DNA of 59,926 nucleotides. Origin: a virus. This document shows positions 50,653-59,270 of this stretch, piece by piece (within the stretch, counting starts at the first letter, position 1; each line of letters starts with the position of its first letter). The translations under genes were made by a program, and so were the position numbers. The stretch covers positions 1 through 59,926 of the IMG/VR virus record IMGVR_UViG_3300045988_082950; one strand, 5' to 3'. The notes under the pieces were generated by a model. It worked only from the letters and a program-made list of their open reading frames with translations. It did no database searches and was not told the DNA's origin.

Positions 50653-50895
50653 TTAAACAAATGGAATATAAGTTCCGTCCATTATGCCAATAGCCAGTTT
50701 CATACCTTCAACCGCATAAAATCTGTTAGAATCAACAGCATTGTCAATAAACTCTTGCTCTATTGTCTCGTAAAGTTCATGGCTTAAAATTCCTTTTAGC
50801 TTATCAAGAGTAGGCTTAAAAAATTCCATATACTTGTCTGTCATTTTTCTTTCTTCAAACTGTCCTTCATAAACGATTTCTAAAAATTTGTCCAT
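50653..50895 (-). CDS. hypothetical protein
   Basis: Track ORF. GTGAGGT upstream. Confidence 0.6.
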   Translation of the reverse strand: MDKFLEIVYEGQFEERKMTDKYMEFFKPTLDKLKGILSHELYETIEQEFIDNAVDSNRFYAVEGMKLAIGIMDGTYIPFV

Positions 50896-51016
50896 TATTA
50901 AAACCTCACTTTCAAAATAATACTTGTGTGAGATTCCCTTATGTGATAGAATATTTCACATGAGAGATATCTCACTTGGATAGAACGTTGTACAGATTTC
51001 CAGTCGTGCCAACGTT

Positions 51017-51196
51017 CTATTTTTTTAATTCATTGTAGACCTTATCAATTCCTTTTCTGACAATTTCTGTTTTGCTTTCCCCTGTTTTATCAACACAGAA
51101 ATTCAATTTTTCCATGTCAGAATTAGACAATCTAAAACTTTCTCTGTTAGTTTTAGGGCTATCTGTCGGTCTACCTTTCTTTTTATTCACTTGCAT
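51017..51196 (-). CDS. ribbon-helix-helix (CopG-like) regulator
   Basis: FRLSNSDMEKLNFCVDKTGESKTEIVRKGIDKVY. Confidence 0.65.
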   Translation of the reverse strand: MQVNKKKGRPTDSPKTNRESFRLSNSDMEKLNFCVDKTGESKTEIVRKGIDKVYNELKK

Positions 51197-51207
51197 CACC
51201 TACCTTT

Positions 51208-51249
51208 ATGTCATGACATAATAATATAACTTGTCATAACAAAAGTCAA
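51208..51249 (-). promoter_or_regulatory. promoter TTGACT-17-TATTAT followed by 12-bp palindrome ATGTCATGACAT
   Basis: -35 at 51244-49, -10 at 51221-26 (minus strand), palindrome at 51208-51219 ahead of the RBS. Confidence 0.6.
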
Positions 51250-51299
51250 GTACTATTTCAAAAGTTTTTAGCCATTATTTTATTTTCAAGGTTCTAATC

Positions 51300-51328
51300 A
51301 AAAAGGCTAGAGTTATTCGCCCTAGCCT
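51300..51328 (-). terminator. hairpin AGGCTAG-N11-CTAGCCT + TTTT
   Basis: Read directly from the sequence, downstream of 51335-52006. Confidence 0.5.
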
Positions 51329-51334
51329 ATTTCC

Positions 51335-52006
51335 TTACATCTTAGCCGCAAGTGTAGTAATCTTTGTCTTTGCCATTTGACGCTCTTCTGGTGTCATTTC
51401 AGACAAAAGACCAGTTAAATCCTCTGACAGTTCTTTCAGATATTCTTCCAGACTGTGCATATTGGCTTCCTTGTCCTGTGGTGTACTGCCCTTGTGCATT
51501 TCCTTTGTCTCCATGTAGCCTTTACGCATCATGCCAGCCCTGCCCTCTCTGCTGTCTCTCATACCACCGTCTTTTCGCATGGGTTCTGTCTCAGTATAGT
51601 ACATACGTCCCCTCGATGCCCTGTCAAGGTCACGCATACGCTCACGTTCAGACATGGAATCCCAGTCCTGCAAATCTTCCCTGTTCATCATGTGCATATA
51701 TGGCGGTTCTTCATAACCACGTCTGCCAACGTAACTTCCTCTTCCTTTAGGTGCATATCTGCCAGTAGTCTTATAACGGTAATCGTCATAAAATCTGCGG
51801 TCAAGCATTCCCAGTGCATCTTCTACGTCAGATTCTTCCATGATGTTTGTCAATGTACGGTAATACATGGCTTCCGCAAGGTCTTTAAGCATATCTGTTA
51901 CTTTTCCCATTTCATCCGTATTCACACTCTCAATGCCTTTGTCAAATTCGGACTTTGCACATTCAGACAGTTTTTCGATCATATCATGCATTCTTTTGAT
52001 ATCCAT
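51335..52006 (-). CDS. low-complexity M/R/Y/E/D-rich protein
   Basis: AAGGGGG precedes ATG 52006. Reads ..RRGYEEPPYMHMMNREDLQDWDSMSERERMRDLDRASRGRMYY.. Confidence 0.65.
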   Translation of the reverse strand: MDIKRMHDMIEKLSECAKSEFDKGIESVNTDEMGKVTDMLKDLAEAMYYRTLTNIMEESDVEDALGMLDRRFYDDYRYKTTGRYAPKGRGSYVGRRGYEEPPYMHMMNREDLQDWDSMSERERMRDLDRASRGRMYYTETEPMRKDGGMRDSREGRAGMMRKGYMETKEMHKGSTPQDKEANMHSLEEYLKELSEDLTGLLSEMTPEERQMAKTKITTLAAKM

Positions 52007-52019
52007 AATATACGCCCCC

Positions 52020-52439
52020 TTATGCTTCCCTTGTTGCAATTAAGTTGCTGTTCTGCACCTGTATTGTCTGTGCAGACGTATTTTCAACAGATACTGTGAT
52101 ACAGCATCCCCTTGGAACATCAATGTATGCCTGTGCGCTGACGTTGAAAAGGTTCTCGACAGCCGCAGGGGTAACTATCATTCTTGTTGACTGCAATGGT
52201 TCTCCGTCTACAGAAATAGCAAGTGATATGGCATCCACTGTACCGCCTGTCGGTATCTGTATATTGCCCGAATATCCCACAAGATATCTTGCCCTGCACT
52301 GGTTTGTGATTCCCCTTAATTTAATGATTCCACTGCCCTGTCTATGGACAATGCAATTTGTACCGTTTACCGCTGTTTCTGTGAAAGCTACATCCTGTCC
52401 AGCTTCTACCGTTTGTAATGCGATTGCTGTAATTTCCAT
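52020..52439 (-). CDS. beta-rich protein resembling BclA C-terminal / C1q-like domains
   Basis: The pattern ..GIIKLRGITNQCRARYLVGYSGNIQIP..ISLAISVDGEPLQSTRMIV..ITVSVENTSAQTIQVQNSNLIATR resembles exosporium BclA-CTD-type jelly rolls. Recognition by eye only. Confidence 0.45.
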   Translation of the reverse strand: MEITAIALQTVEAGQDVAFTETAVNGTNCIVHRQGSGIIKLRGITNQCRARYLVGYSGNIQIPTGGTVDAISLAISVDGEPLQSTRMIVTPAAVENLFNVSAQAYIDVPRGCCITVSVENTSAQTIQVQNSNLIATREA

Positions 52440-52507
52440 TATTTTTACCTCTCTTTCATAAAATAAAAAACCACCAACTGAATATTAGTTGATGGTTTGA
52501 AAATCCA

Positions 52508-52825
52508 TTATTTATTTTTGTAGTCTGTCGCACACATTCCTATACATTGTGGAGTTCCGTATTTTTCAATATAATCTTCATCTCCGTATCGTTTAACACA
52601 AACATACATTGTATCGTGCCAATTCGTTCTCACATCTTCTGTTTTTGAAGTATGGTCAATTACAATGTCTGATATTTCAAATGGTGCATTTGCTACTCCT
52701 ATCTTTTGGCAAAAATCTTTGTGAATTTGATATATGTATTTTTTCATATCATCAAAGTTTTCAAATTCCCTTGCTGTTTCTAGGGATTCAGCTAATCCAC
52801 CTCTATGTTGTCTGAAAATAACCAT
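52508..52825 (-). CDS. hypothetical protein
   Basis: 105 aa. AAAGGAG upstream. Confidence 0.65.
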   Translation of the reverse strand: MVIFRQHRGGLAESLETAREFENFDDMKKYIYQIHKDFCQKIGVANAPFEISDIVIDHTSKTEDVRTNWHDTMYVCVKRYGDEDYIEKYGTPQCIGMCATDYKNK

Positions 52826-53005
52826 TTGGCGCTCCTTTCCTTTTTGAAAATTGTACCACGACTTTAAAAATCCATCAACTTAATATTCTGTTTTCAATGT
52901 GCAAAAGGGCAAACATTACAGTCTGCCCTTTGATTCAAAAGTAATACTGCTTAGCAGACATAATCGAGTTAACCCCAATTAATATACTCAATTATTCAGT
53001 TTTGC

Positions 53006-53800
53006 TTAACATCCACATCCTGTATTGCATCCACAGCCGTTGTATGCATAACCGTAGAGGTTAGATGCAGGGAATGCTGGTACAGGTGTCGGTCTTACAG
53101 CATCAATAATCTGGTTTGTCTGTGCGCTCATGGCTGTAGTCAGAAGAGCATTCTGTCTATCCTGTGAAGCAGCTCTTCTCAAATCGTTATTCTCTGCCTG
53201 TAAGGTTGCAATCTTGTCATTTGTCAGGAAGTCAAGAATTGCTCTTGTTCCTGCCTGCTGGCTGTCGATAATGTCTCTTGTATTGCTGTTCATGGTGTTC
53301 TGTAAAGCACAGGTGTTAGTTGCTAAATTGTAATTAATTCCCTGGATAGCTTCACGGGTTTCACAGCAACAGTTAGCAAGCTGTGCCTGCAAAGCATTTG
53401 TATTCTGCATATTAGCAACCGTATCAGCGTTGATCGCCTGCTGGATGCCGAATCCAGTCTGCAAAATGTTTGTGTTGATGCCATTCATGCCGTTTTGCAC
53501 TGCATAAAATCCGTCACAAATTCCGTTTGTAATGCCATCAAGTTTTGATACAACCGCCTGATTATCAAATCCTCTCTGTAAGTCAGCCTGTGTAACTGCA
53601 CTTGTTGAGTATGGTGTCGCTCCACCATTATTGCCATTTCCCCAGCCACCGAAGCCACCGCCCCAGCCACCGAAAATTGCAAAAATTACAACTATAAACC
53701 AAAGCCATCCACCGTCAGCCCAGTTACCGTTGCCATTTCCGTTTCCGTCAATGTTCGCTACTAATGGAACTGATGCTGTGTTGCAATTCGAACCAAACAT
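53006..53800 (-). CDS. Gly/Trp-rich membrane protein with Q/N-rich coiled region and Cys-rich C-terminus
   Basis: GGAGGT lies 7 nt before ATG 53800. Features: NGNGNGN, GGWLWFIVVIFAIFGGWGGGFGGWGNGNNGG, CCCETR, and C-terminal NGCGCNTGCGC. Confidence 0.65.
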   Translation of the reverse strand: MFGSNCNTASVPLVANIDGNGNGNGNWADGGWLWFIVVIFAIFGGWGGGFGGWGNGNNGGATPYSTSAVTQADLQRGFDNQAVVSKLDGITNGICDGFYAVQNGMNGINTNILQTGFGIQQAINADTVANMQNTNALQAQLANCCCETREAIQGINYNLATNTCALQNTMNSNTRDIIDSQQAGTRAILDFLTNDKIATLQAENNDLRRAASQDRQNALLTTAMSAQTNQIIDAVRPTPVPAFPASNLYGYAYNGCGCNTGCGC

Positions 53801-53985
53801 AATTTTTACCTCCATAATTCATTTTTATATACATAATCTTGCAAGAATTAGTATCAAAGTTGATTAAAAAGTGTTATAATATATTTGTACGGATAGGGTA
53901 GCTCCCGATAAGCTGTTTGTCCTAACAGCTTCCGTACATTATCTGGTATAGGACATCTCACACTGAAAGGACAGGTGTTATTTTT

Positions 53986-54867
53986 ATGGGTAAATCTATT
54001 GATTTAGCAAGCCAAAAATTTGGCAAGTTACAAGTCTTATGCGTTGACACAAATCCATCAAATAAAACTAAAAGATGGCTATGTCGATGTGATTGTGGAA
54101 ACATTACCACGGCAAAAACAAACGAATTAACATCAGGGCATAAAACCTCTTGTGGTTGCAAAAAACAAAACTATTTTAGAAAAGTTCACGGTCAATCAGG
54201 AACCCGATTACATCACATTTGGAAATCAATAAACAGGAGATGTAATAACCCCAATGAACCTAGCTATCAACATTATGGCAAAAGAGGAATAACTGTTTGC
54301 GAGGAATGGAAAAACAATTTTTCAACTTTTTATAATTGGGCTATTAAAAACGGCTACTCCGACACGCTAACCATCGACCGGATAGATGTAAATGGAAATT
54401 ATGAACCTAGTAATTGTAGATGGACTACGATTGCCGAGCAATCTATTAATAAAACAAACACTGTTTATATTGAATTAAATGGCATCTTAAAGCCTATGAA
54501 AGAATGGTGTAATATATACAATGTGCCATACTACCTTGTGCAACAAAGATATAAGAAGATTACAAAAAACAACATTCCTTGCGATGATTTATCTATTTTA
54601 TTTTCCAAAGAAGCATTGCATCTTAATAAAAATATAAAACCATATGCCAAAAACCATTTTTTCGATTATAGAGAAAGACCAATAATTCAATATGATGCAA
54701 ACAATATTCTTATCAAAGAATGGTCTGGTATTAAAGAAATAAAGCAAACCGGATTGTTTAATAAAAATGCCGTATTAAATTGTTGCTATGGTTTTGCAAA
54801 AACTCACAAAGGGTTTATGTGGCGATATAAAGATGATGATTATCCACAATATAAAAGTAGAAAATAA
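53986..54867 (+). CDS. homing-endonuclease-like DNA-binding protein (C-terminal NUMOD/IENR-type motif)
   Basis: RLHHIWKSINRRCNNPNEPSYQHYGKRGITVCEEW..F..W..GY...LTIDRIDVNGNYEPSNCRW and IKEWSGIKEIKQTGLFNKNAVLNCCYGFAKTHKGFMWRY. Opposite strand to its neighbours. Confidence 0.6.
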   Translation: MGKSIDLASQKFGKLQVLCVDTNPSNKTKRWLCRCDCGNITTAKTNELTSGHKTSCGCKKQNYFRKVHGQSGTRLHHIWKSINRRCNNPNEPSYQHYGKRGITVCEEWKNNFSTFYNWAIKNGYSDTLTIDRIDVNGNYEPSNCRWTTIAEQSINKTNTVYIELNGILKPMKEWCNIYNVPYYLVQQRYKKITKNNIPCDDLSILFSKEALHLNKNIKPYAKNHFFDYRERPIIQYDANNILIKEWSGIKEIKQTGLFNKNAVLNCCYGFAKTHKGFMWRYKDDDYPQYKSRK

Positions 54868-54901
54868 TTTTTATCGGGTGGGCAATCCGCCCGATATGCT
54901 A

Positions 54902-55138
54902 TTAATTACCAAATCTACTTTTTATCTGATTAAATACATTATCTGCATTCAATCCCTTTTCTTTGCACAAATTCCTAGCCATCTGCTCAATGCTCTTGGT
55001 GTCTCCGTTCTGTGCCATCTGCATAGCATTCTTGGCTATTGGATTCTGCATTAACTGACTATTACCCATAAGCTGTTGTACAATCTGCTGTGGGTTTCCA
55101 CTTTGCATCATTTGCATTAACTGCATTGAATTGAACAT
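54902..55138 (-). CDS. Q/M-rich small protein
   Basis: MFNSMQLMQMMQSGNPQQIVQQLMGNSQLMQNP... Confidence 0.6.
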   Translation of the reverse strand: MFNSMQLMQMMQSGNPQQIVQQLMGNSQLMQNPIAKNAMQMAQNGDTKSIEQMARNLCKEKGLNADNVFNQIKSRFGN

Positions 55139-55140
55139 AC

Positions 55141-55626
55141 TTACTCATCCTTTCTCTGCGACTGCGAAGTTTTTCTTTGGGATTGCAAAGATTTTTCTAA
55201 CTGCCCTAGCCTGTCAGATATTTCATCAAACTTGTTCATAATATTCTGTGCGGATTCTTCCGATAGGTCACACTTAATTTTTTCTGGTCCGGGTGCTGTC
55301 TTAGGCTCATTATCCAAAACAGGCTTATAAGTAACTGTGCGGATTGTACCGTCTGCATTCCAGCTCTTGGCGTACACCTCTGACAAGTCTTGCTTTGGGA
55401 AAAACGCAACACTACCGTCCATAGGTACATCATTTGCTGTTATCTGACTCATCTCCGAAATTATTTTCCCGTTAATTCCCTGTACAATCTGATTCTGCTG
55501 GTAATTGTTTGGTATATTCTGCTGATAATCTATTGCTCTGTTTTGCACCTGTGCCAGTGGGTTATAATACTGCGGATATCCCTGCTGGTTCTGCTGTAGG
55601 TAATATGGATTCACATACGGTTGCAT
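55141..55626 (-). CDS. protein with Q/N/Y/P-rich N-terminus
   Basis: MQPYVNPYYLQQNQQGYPQYYNPLAQVQN... AAAGGAG upstream. Confidence 0.65.
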   Translation of the reverse strand: MQPYVNPYYLQQNQQGYPQYYNPLAQVQNRAIDYQQNIPNNYQQNQIVQGINGKIISEMSQITANDVPMDGSVAFFPKQDLSEVYAKSWNADGTIRTVTYKPVLDNEPKTAPGPEKIKCDLSEESAQNIMNKFDEISDRLGQLEKSLQSQRKTSQSQRKDE

Positions 55627-55691
55627 ATTGGTTCTCCTTTTTCAACTTTTCAGTCTCATATAATATGTTTGTATCATCATAAGATAGGTAT

Positions 55692-55847
55692 TTAGTAATC
55701 TGTTCCTGTTGATTGCATATTCTCATTAACATCTTTTAATACTTCCTGTATCGCATGGGTCATGGCTACTTGATAGATTGTCGGTATCGCCTGTACATCT
55801 TCCCTAGCACATAACTTTTCTATGATTTCGTCCGTTTCAATATTCAT
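55692..55847 (-). CDS. hypothetical small protein (51 aa)
   Basis: AAGGGAGGA precedes ATG 55847. Confidence 0.4.
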   Translation of the reverse strand: MNIETDEIIEKLCAREDVQAIPTIYQVAMTHAIQEVLKDVNENMQSTGTDY

Positions 55848-55971
55848 GGGTTATTCCTCCCTTTGTAATTATCATAAAACAAAAAGAGCCATTAATAGCG
55901 ACTAATAATTGCCACTATAATGACTCAAAAGTGTAGTAAATATGCGCATTAGCACTAACCCCATGCCGTAG

Positions 55972-56032
55972 GTATGGTACTATTTTACTGCTAAATTAAT
56001 ATACCTATATTAGCAGTAAATATATACCATAG
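55972..56032. other. candidate attP for the adjacent serine recombinase
   Basis: Imperfect 23-bp inverted arms (18/23; the inner 11 bp TTTACTGCTAA/TTAGCAGTAAA are perfect) flank a 15-bp AT-rich core, 20 bp from the recombinase stop. Confidence 0.5.
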
Positions 56033-56050
56033 GATAGCATTATAGTAGTG

Positions 56051-57412
56051 CTAAAAATCTTTCAATTTTATCTCAATATTTCCATTGCTAATTACTATTT
56101 TTTCAATTATACTCTTTAGTAAGGTGTTTTTCTGCTTCTTGTCGATATCTTCCCAAATGTCGGCAAGATTTTTTATGTTCTTAAATACATTTTGTCTAGT
56201 TTTATTTGTTTCTATTGCGGATTCTTCTTTAATCTGCTTACGGATATCTTCTATTACTTTCTCAATTTCTTTAATCATGCTGATAACATCATCATTGCCC
56301 TCTGCATACAGGTTATATAACCTTTTACGCTTAGTCTGCTCTTTTTCTAATTGTCCTTGCAATATTTCCAATTTAGATTCTTTTACTCTTGGCTTATATT
56401 CTGATATATTAGCAGATATTAAAAGTATTTCGTCCTCTACAGCTTTTTCAATATCCGAAGCCCATTCCAAGGTGTTATTACAGTTTGGATTGTGGTTAGG
56501 AAGATAATGCAAGTCCTTGTTCCTGGAACAACAGTAAATCTTATGCTTTCCATGCGTCCACTTCTGATACCTCATAGCGCATCCACAGATTCCACAATAG
56601 CACAAACCTGTCAATAAGTTAGTTTGGATGTTATGGCAACTTGCCCTTTTGTTTTTCCTTATTGCTCTGAATTGTTGGGCTTTTTCAAACACTTCATTAT
56701 TAAATATAGGTTTATGCAATCCCTGATAGATATTCCCCTTATACGGTATCATTCCAATGTTTACAGGGCTTGTGAGTACTTGCTTCACAACAAATTCGCT
56801 TTTAAATCCTAACATATCACGGATTTTTACGTCTGAATATCCTTGCAAGAATAAATCCATTGCTTTGTTTGCCTGTTCCTTGCGTTCTGGAATTGGTATA
56901 AGTGTTCCTGTATCTTTGCTGTATGTATAGCAGTATGGAAGATTACCACCGCCCATCCAGTAGCCTTGCTTGACACGCTCCAACATTCCACCACGCATGC
57001 GCAATAACATTGTATTCTTGTCCAGTTGTGCAAATACCGCCATCATCTGTGTATAAGCCTGCTCCATAGGATTATCATAGCTGATACTGTCATGTACACA
57101 CTTAAATTCTACATTGTTCTTTAAAAACACACGCTCAATCAGATAAATACCGTCCACCATGCTACGTGATATTCTATCCAGTTTGAAAGCAACAACATAG
57201 CCTACACGCTTACGATCACAGTCTGATACAAGCCGTTGCAATTCTGGTCTGTCCATATTTGCGCCTGTGTACCCATCATCAATGTACCAATCTGTAATTA
57301 CCAGTTCATTTTTTCTGCAATAGTTTTCAATATCTCTCCTTTGGCTGTCTAATCCGTTTCCCTCTTCTGCCTGTTTCTCTGTAGAAACACGCATATATGC
57401 GACACATTCCAT
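56051..57412 (-). CDS. int: large serine recombinase (integrase)
   Basis: N-terminal resolvase domain (AYMRVSTEKQ...GLDSQR...RISR), recombinase domain, Cys-rich zinc ribbon (CYCGICGCAM...CC) and a C-terminal coiled coil. GGAGGA precedes ATG 57412. Confidence 0.9.
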   Translation of the reverse strand: MECVAYMRVSTEKQAEEGNGLDSQRRDIENYCRKNELVITDWYIDDGYTGANMDRPELQRLVSDCDRKRVGYVVAFKLDRISRSMVDGIYLIERVFLKNNVEFKCVHDSISYDNPMEQAYTQMMAVFAQLDKNTMLLRMRGGMLERVKQGYWMGGGNLPYCYTYSKDTGTLIPIPERKEQANKAMDLFLQGYSDVKIRDMLGFKSEFVVKQVLTSPVNIGMIPYKGNIYQGLHKPIFNNEVFEKAQQFRAIRKNKRASCHNIQTNLLTGLCYCGICGCAMRYQKWTHGKHKIYCCSRNKDLHYLPNHNPNCNNTLEWASDIEKAVEDEILLISANISEYKPRVKESKLEILQGQLEKEQTKRKRLYNLYAEGNDDVISMIKEIEKVIEDIRKQIKEESAIETNKTRQNVFKNIKNLADIWEDIDKKQKNTLLKSIIEKIVISNGNIEIKLKDF

Positions 57413-57488
57413 TCTCATTCCTCCATCAGATATAAAAGAATGCGCCATATTCACTACTGACGCATTCTACACTATTATCAATTTTTCG

Positions 57489-57587
57489 TCAATTAATCAG
57501 TTCCGCAATCAGTTTCAAAACCTCTGACGGCAAAACTACATCTTCTGGATTAATTTCTTTCCCATTCTGTGTAAGCACAACTGTCAT
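57489..57587 (-). CDS. hypothetical 32-aa ORF
   Basis: ATGA overlap with the upstream stop. Weak support. Confidence 0.25.
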   Translation of the reverse strand: MTVVLTQNGKEINPEDVVLPSEVLKLIAELIN

Positions 57588-57796
57588 ATAGTCAAACCTC
57601 CGATTCTATTTATTTTTGATTTTATTTTTTCAATTCTTCGGCTAACTGTGCGATTACACGCATTTGTCTTTTGTGCTATTTCTGTAATAGTCTTTCCTTT
57701 TGTCAACATTTTAAACACTATTAATTCTTCTTCTGTAAAATTTGCGCTTTCAATGATGCTTTCAAGTTCTGGTCTTGTAAGCTCTGAAAAACGCAC
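57584..57796 (-). CDS. small sigma-70 region-4/LuxR-type HTH protein
   Basis: FTEEELIVFKMLTKGKTITEIAQKTNACNRTVSRRIEKIKSKI. GTG start follows GGAGAGGAGTGA. Confidence 0.6.
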   Translation of the reverse strand: MRFSELTRPELESIIESANFTEEELIVFKMLTKGKTITEIAQKTNACNRTVSRRIEKIKSKINRIGGLTI

Positions 57797-57815
57797 TTAT
57801 TAGTTCACTCCTCTC

Positions 57816-57986
57816 CTATTTACTTTTTGCACATTCATTACAGTAAAATGCATCCTCATTTCCATAATAAACGCCATTTTGATAACTGCCTTTAATGCAA
57901 CGTATTTTTCCGTCCTGACCTCTCTGCTCTGTCAGAATGTATTTACCACACTTCTTACAATTAATATCCTGTTTTTCTGATTCCAT
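57816..57986 (-). CDS. hypothetical zinc-ribbon protein (56 aa)
   Basis: MESEKQDINCKKCGKY...FYCNECAKSK. Confidence 0.4.
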   Translation of the reverse strand: MESEKQDINCKKCGKYILTEQRGQDGKIRCIKGSYQNGVYYGNEDAFYCNECAKSK

Positions 57987-58009
57987 AAAATTATCTCCTA
58001 AATCTCAGT

Positions 58010-58195
58010 TTAATTTACTTTAAGAGAAAATTCCGCTCTTAAGAAACTGTTTGCATCAGCAACAAAAATACCCTCGTTCTTTTCATCGTCATTGTAGACT
58101 TCTTTTAAGTATTCCATTGCTTCACCGCCATCTTTGGCTTCAATTTCAATCTCATATTCATATATTTCTCTGACAACGCCTTTATACTTTGCCAT
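58010..58195 (-). CDS. hypothetical protein
   Basis: Track ORF. Confidence 0.5.
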   Translation of the reverse strand: MAKYKGVVREIYEYEIEIEAKDGGEAMEYLKEVYNDDEKNEGIFVADANSFLRAEFSLKVN

Positions 58196-58224
58196 ATGCG
58201 CTCACTCCTTCACTAAATCTCAGT

Positions 58225-58407
58225 TTAGATGTTCATAACACCAGATTTCCATCCTGCTTTTTTAGCCTCTTCTGAAAGAATCTCATTTTCTTCAGCTATA
58301 GCCATACTTTTTTTAGGTTTACATCTTCTTTTCTCTGTACATTCTTTATTTAGCCTTACACACCATCCACATGGTGTTTCATATTGGCAAAACATTGTTC
58401 CAAACAT
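58225..58407 (-). CDS. hypothetical Cys-containing protein
   Basis: Track ORF. Confidence 0.5.
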   Translation of the reverse strand: MFGTMFCQYETPCGWCVRLNKECTEKRRCKPKKSMAIAEENEILSEEAKKAGWKSGVMNI

Positions 58408-58429
58408 ATTACATTCCTCCGCTAAATCC

Positions 58430-58708
58430 TTAGTTTAGTTCATCGAGACTTTCCTGCAATTCTTTGTAGTAATTGATTTGATCAATGCAATGATTATCTA
58501 ATGTATCAATCATTTCTCTCTTGGCATCTTCTAGTGTTTCTGCTTCCATTGACTCCATATGACCATCAATTACTGACTGCCATCCTATCTCTTTACCACA
58601 GTAAACAATACTGCCTATTGTAATGCTGCCATAAAAAGCGACTATATCAAATTGCCTTTCCCAGTTATCCTGTTCTGGATTAACTTCTTTCCATTCCATT
58701 GTACACAT
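58430..58708 (-). CDS. hypothetical protein
   Basis: Track ORF. GAGGTGA upstream. Confidence 0.6.
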   Translation of the reverse strand: MCTMEWKEVNPEQDNWERQFDIVAFYGSITIGSIVYCGKEIGWQSVIDGHMESMEAETLEDAKREMIDTLDNHCIDQINYYKELQESLDELN

Positions 58709-58725
58709 ACTTTCACCTCAAATTC

Positions 58726-58866
58726 TTACCAAAGTGGTACTCCTATATTGGATGTAATATCTTCGCAATCATCACAATTATCGCATTCACCGTCACAGCC
58801 TACATTGTCAATATCTTCCTCGTCCATATCGGAGCACCACATATTCATTACTTTGCACCATTTCAT
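58726..58866 (-). CDS. hypothetical acidic Cys-rich peptide (46 aa)
   Basis: MKWCKVMNMWCSDMDEEDIDNVGCDGECDNCDDCEDITSNIGVPLW. Confidence 0.35.
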   Translation of the reverse strand: MKWCKVMNMWCSDMDEEDIDNVGCDGECDNCDDCEDITSNIGVPLW

Positions 58867-58892
58867 AGTTGTCTTACTCCTTGTCTAAATCC

Positions 58893-59153
58893 TTATTCCT
58901 GTGTTTTTAACACATTCAAGATACCAACTACTGCTTTATCCCAGAATACATTTACAAAATCCTCAACAGTGCAAATCGTGTCTCCGTCCCAATCTACGAT
59001 AGTGGCATCATCTACTTGGCATAATTCACACCCAGATTCTTTCAACACTTCGTTTGCACATTCTGTCACAACCGTCTGCGTATCGGCATAGTCACAGCCT
59101 CTGTTTAAAATATCCTCAAGTTCTTCTATTGTTTTCTTTGATATTTTCGCCAT
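58893..59153 (-). CDS. hypothetical protein
   Basis: Track ORF. Confidence 0.6.
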   Translation of the reverse strand: MAKISKKTIEELEDILNRGCDYADTQTVVTECANEVLKESGCELCQVDDATIVDWDGDTICTVEDFVNVFWDKAVVGILNVLKTQE

Positions 59154-59183
59154 TCTTCTACCTCCGCTAAATCCTTATTTAGT

Positions 59184-59270
59184 CTAATACTCACTATCGC
59201 ATCTGCTTTCAATCACCATACCAACAATCAGAACAATCACCGTCAGTACAGCTTTCCATGCATCACTCAT
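59184..59270 (-). CDS. hypothetical 28-aa hydrophobic peptide
   Basis: ATGAGTGA overlap with the upstream stop. Reads MSDAWKAVLTVIVLIVGMVIESRCDSEY. Confidence 0.3.
   Translation of the reverse strand: MSDAWKAVLTVIVLIVGMVIESRCDSEY

Noticed and set aside
51364-52461. Plus-strand ORFs of 128, 214 and 138 aa
   Set aside because: They are antisense to 51335-52006 and 52020-52439, which have strong SD sequences. Their Cys/His/Ser-rich composition is typical of a reverse frame.
53720-53750. A tandem DNA repeat (ggaaacggaaatggcaacgg...)
   Set aside because: It is the in-frame coding of NGNGNGN within gene 53006-53800. It is a low-complexity peptide, not a non-coding satellite.
55627-55700. A sigma-K-type promoter (CATATTATA) upstream of the Q-rich protein gene
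   Set aside because: The -10-like CATAnnnTA occurs, but the expected AC element is not at the right spacing, and such motifs arise by chance in AT-rich DNA. It is left only as something to test.
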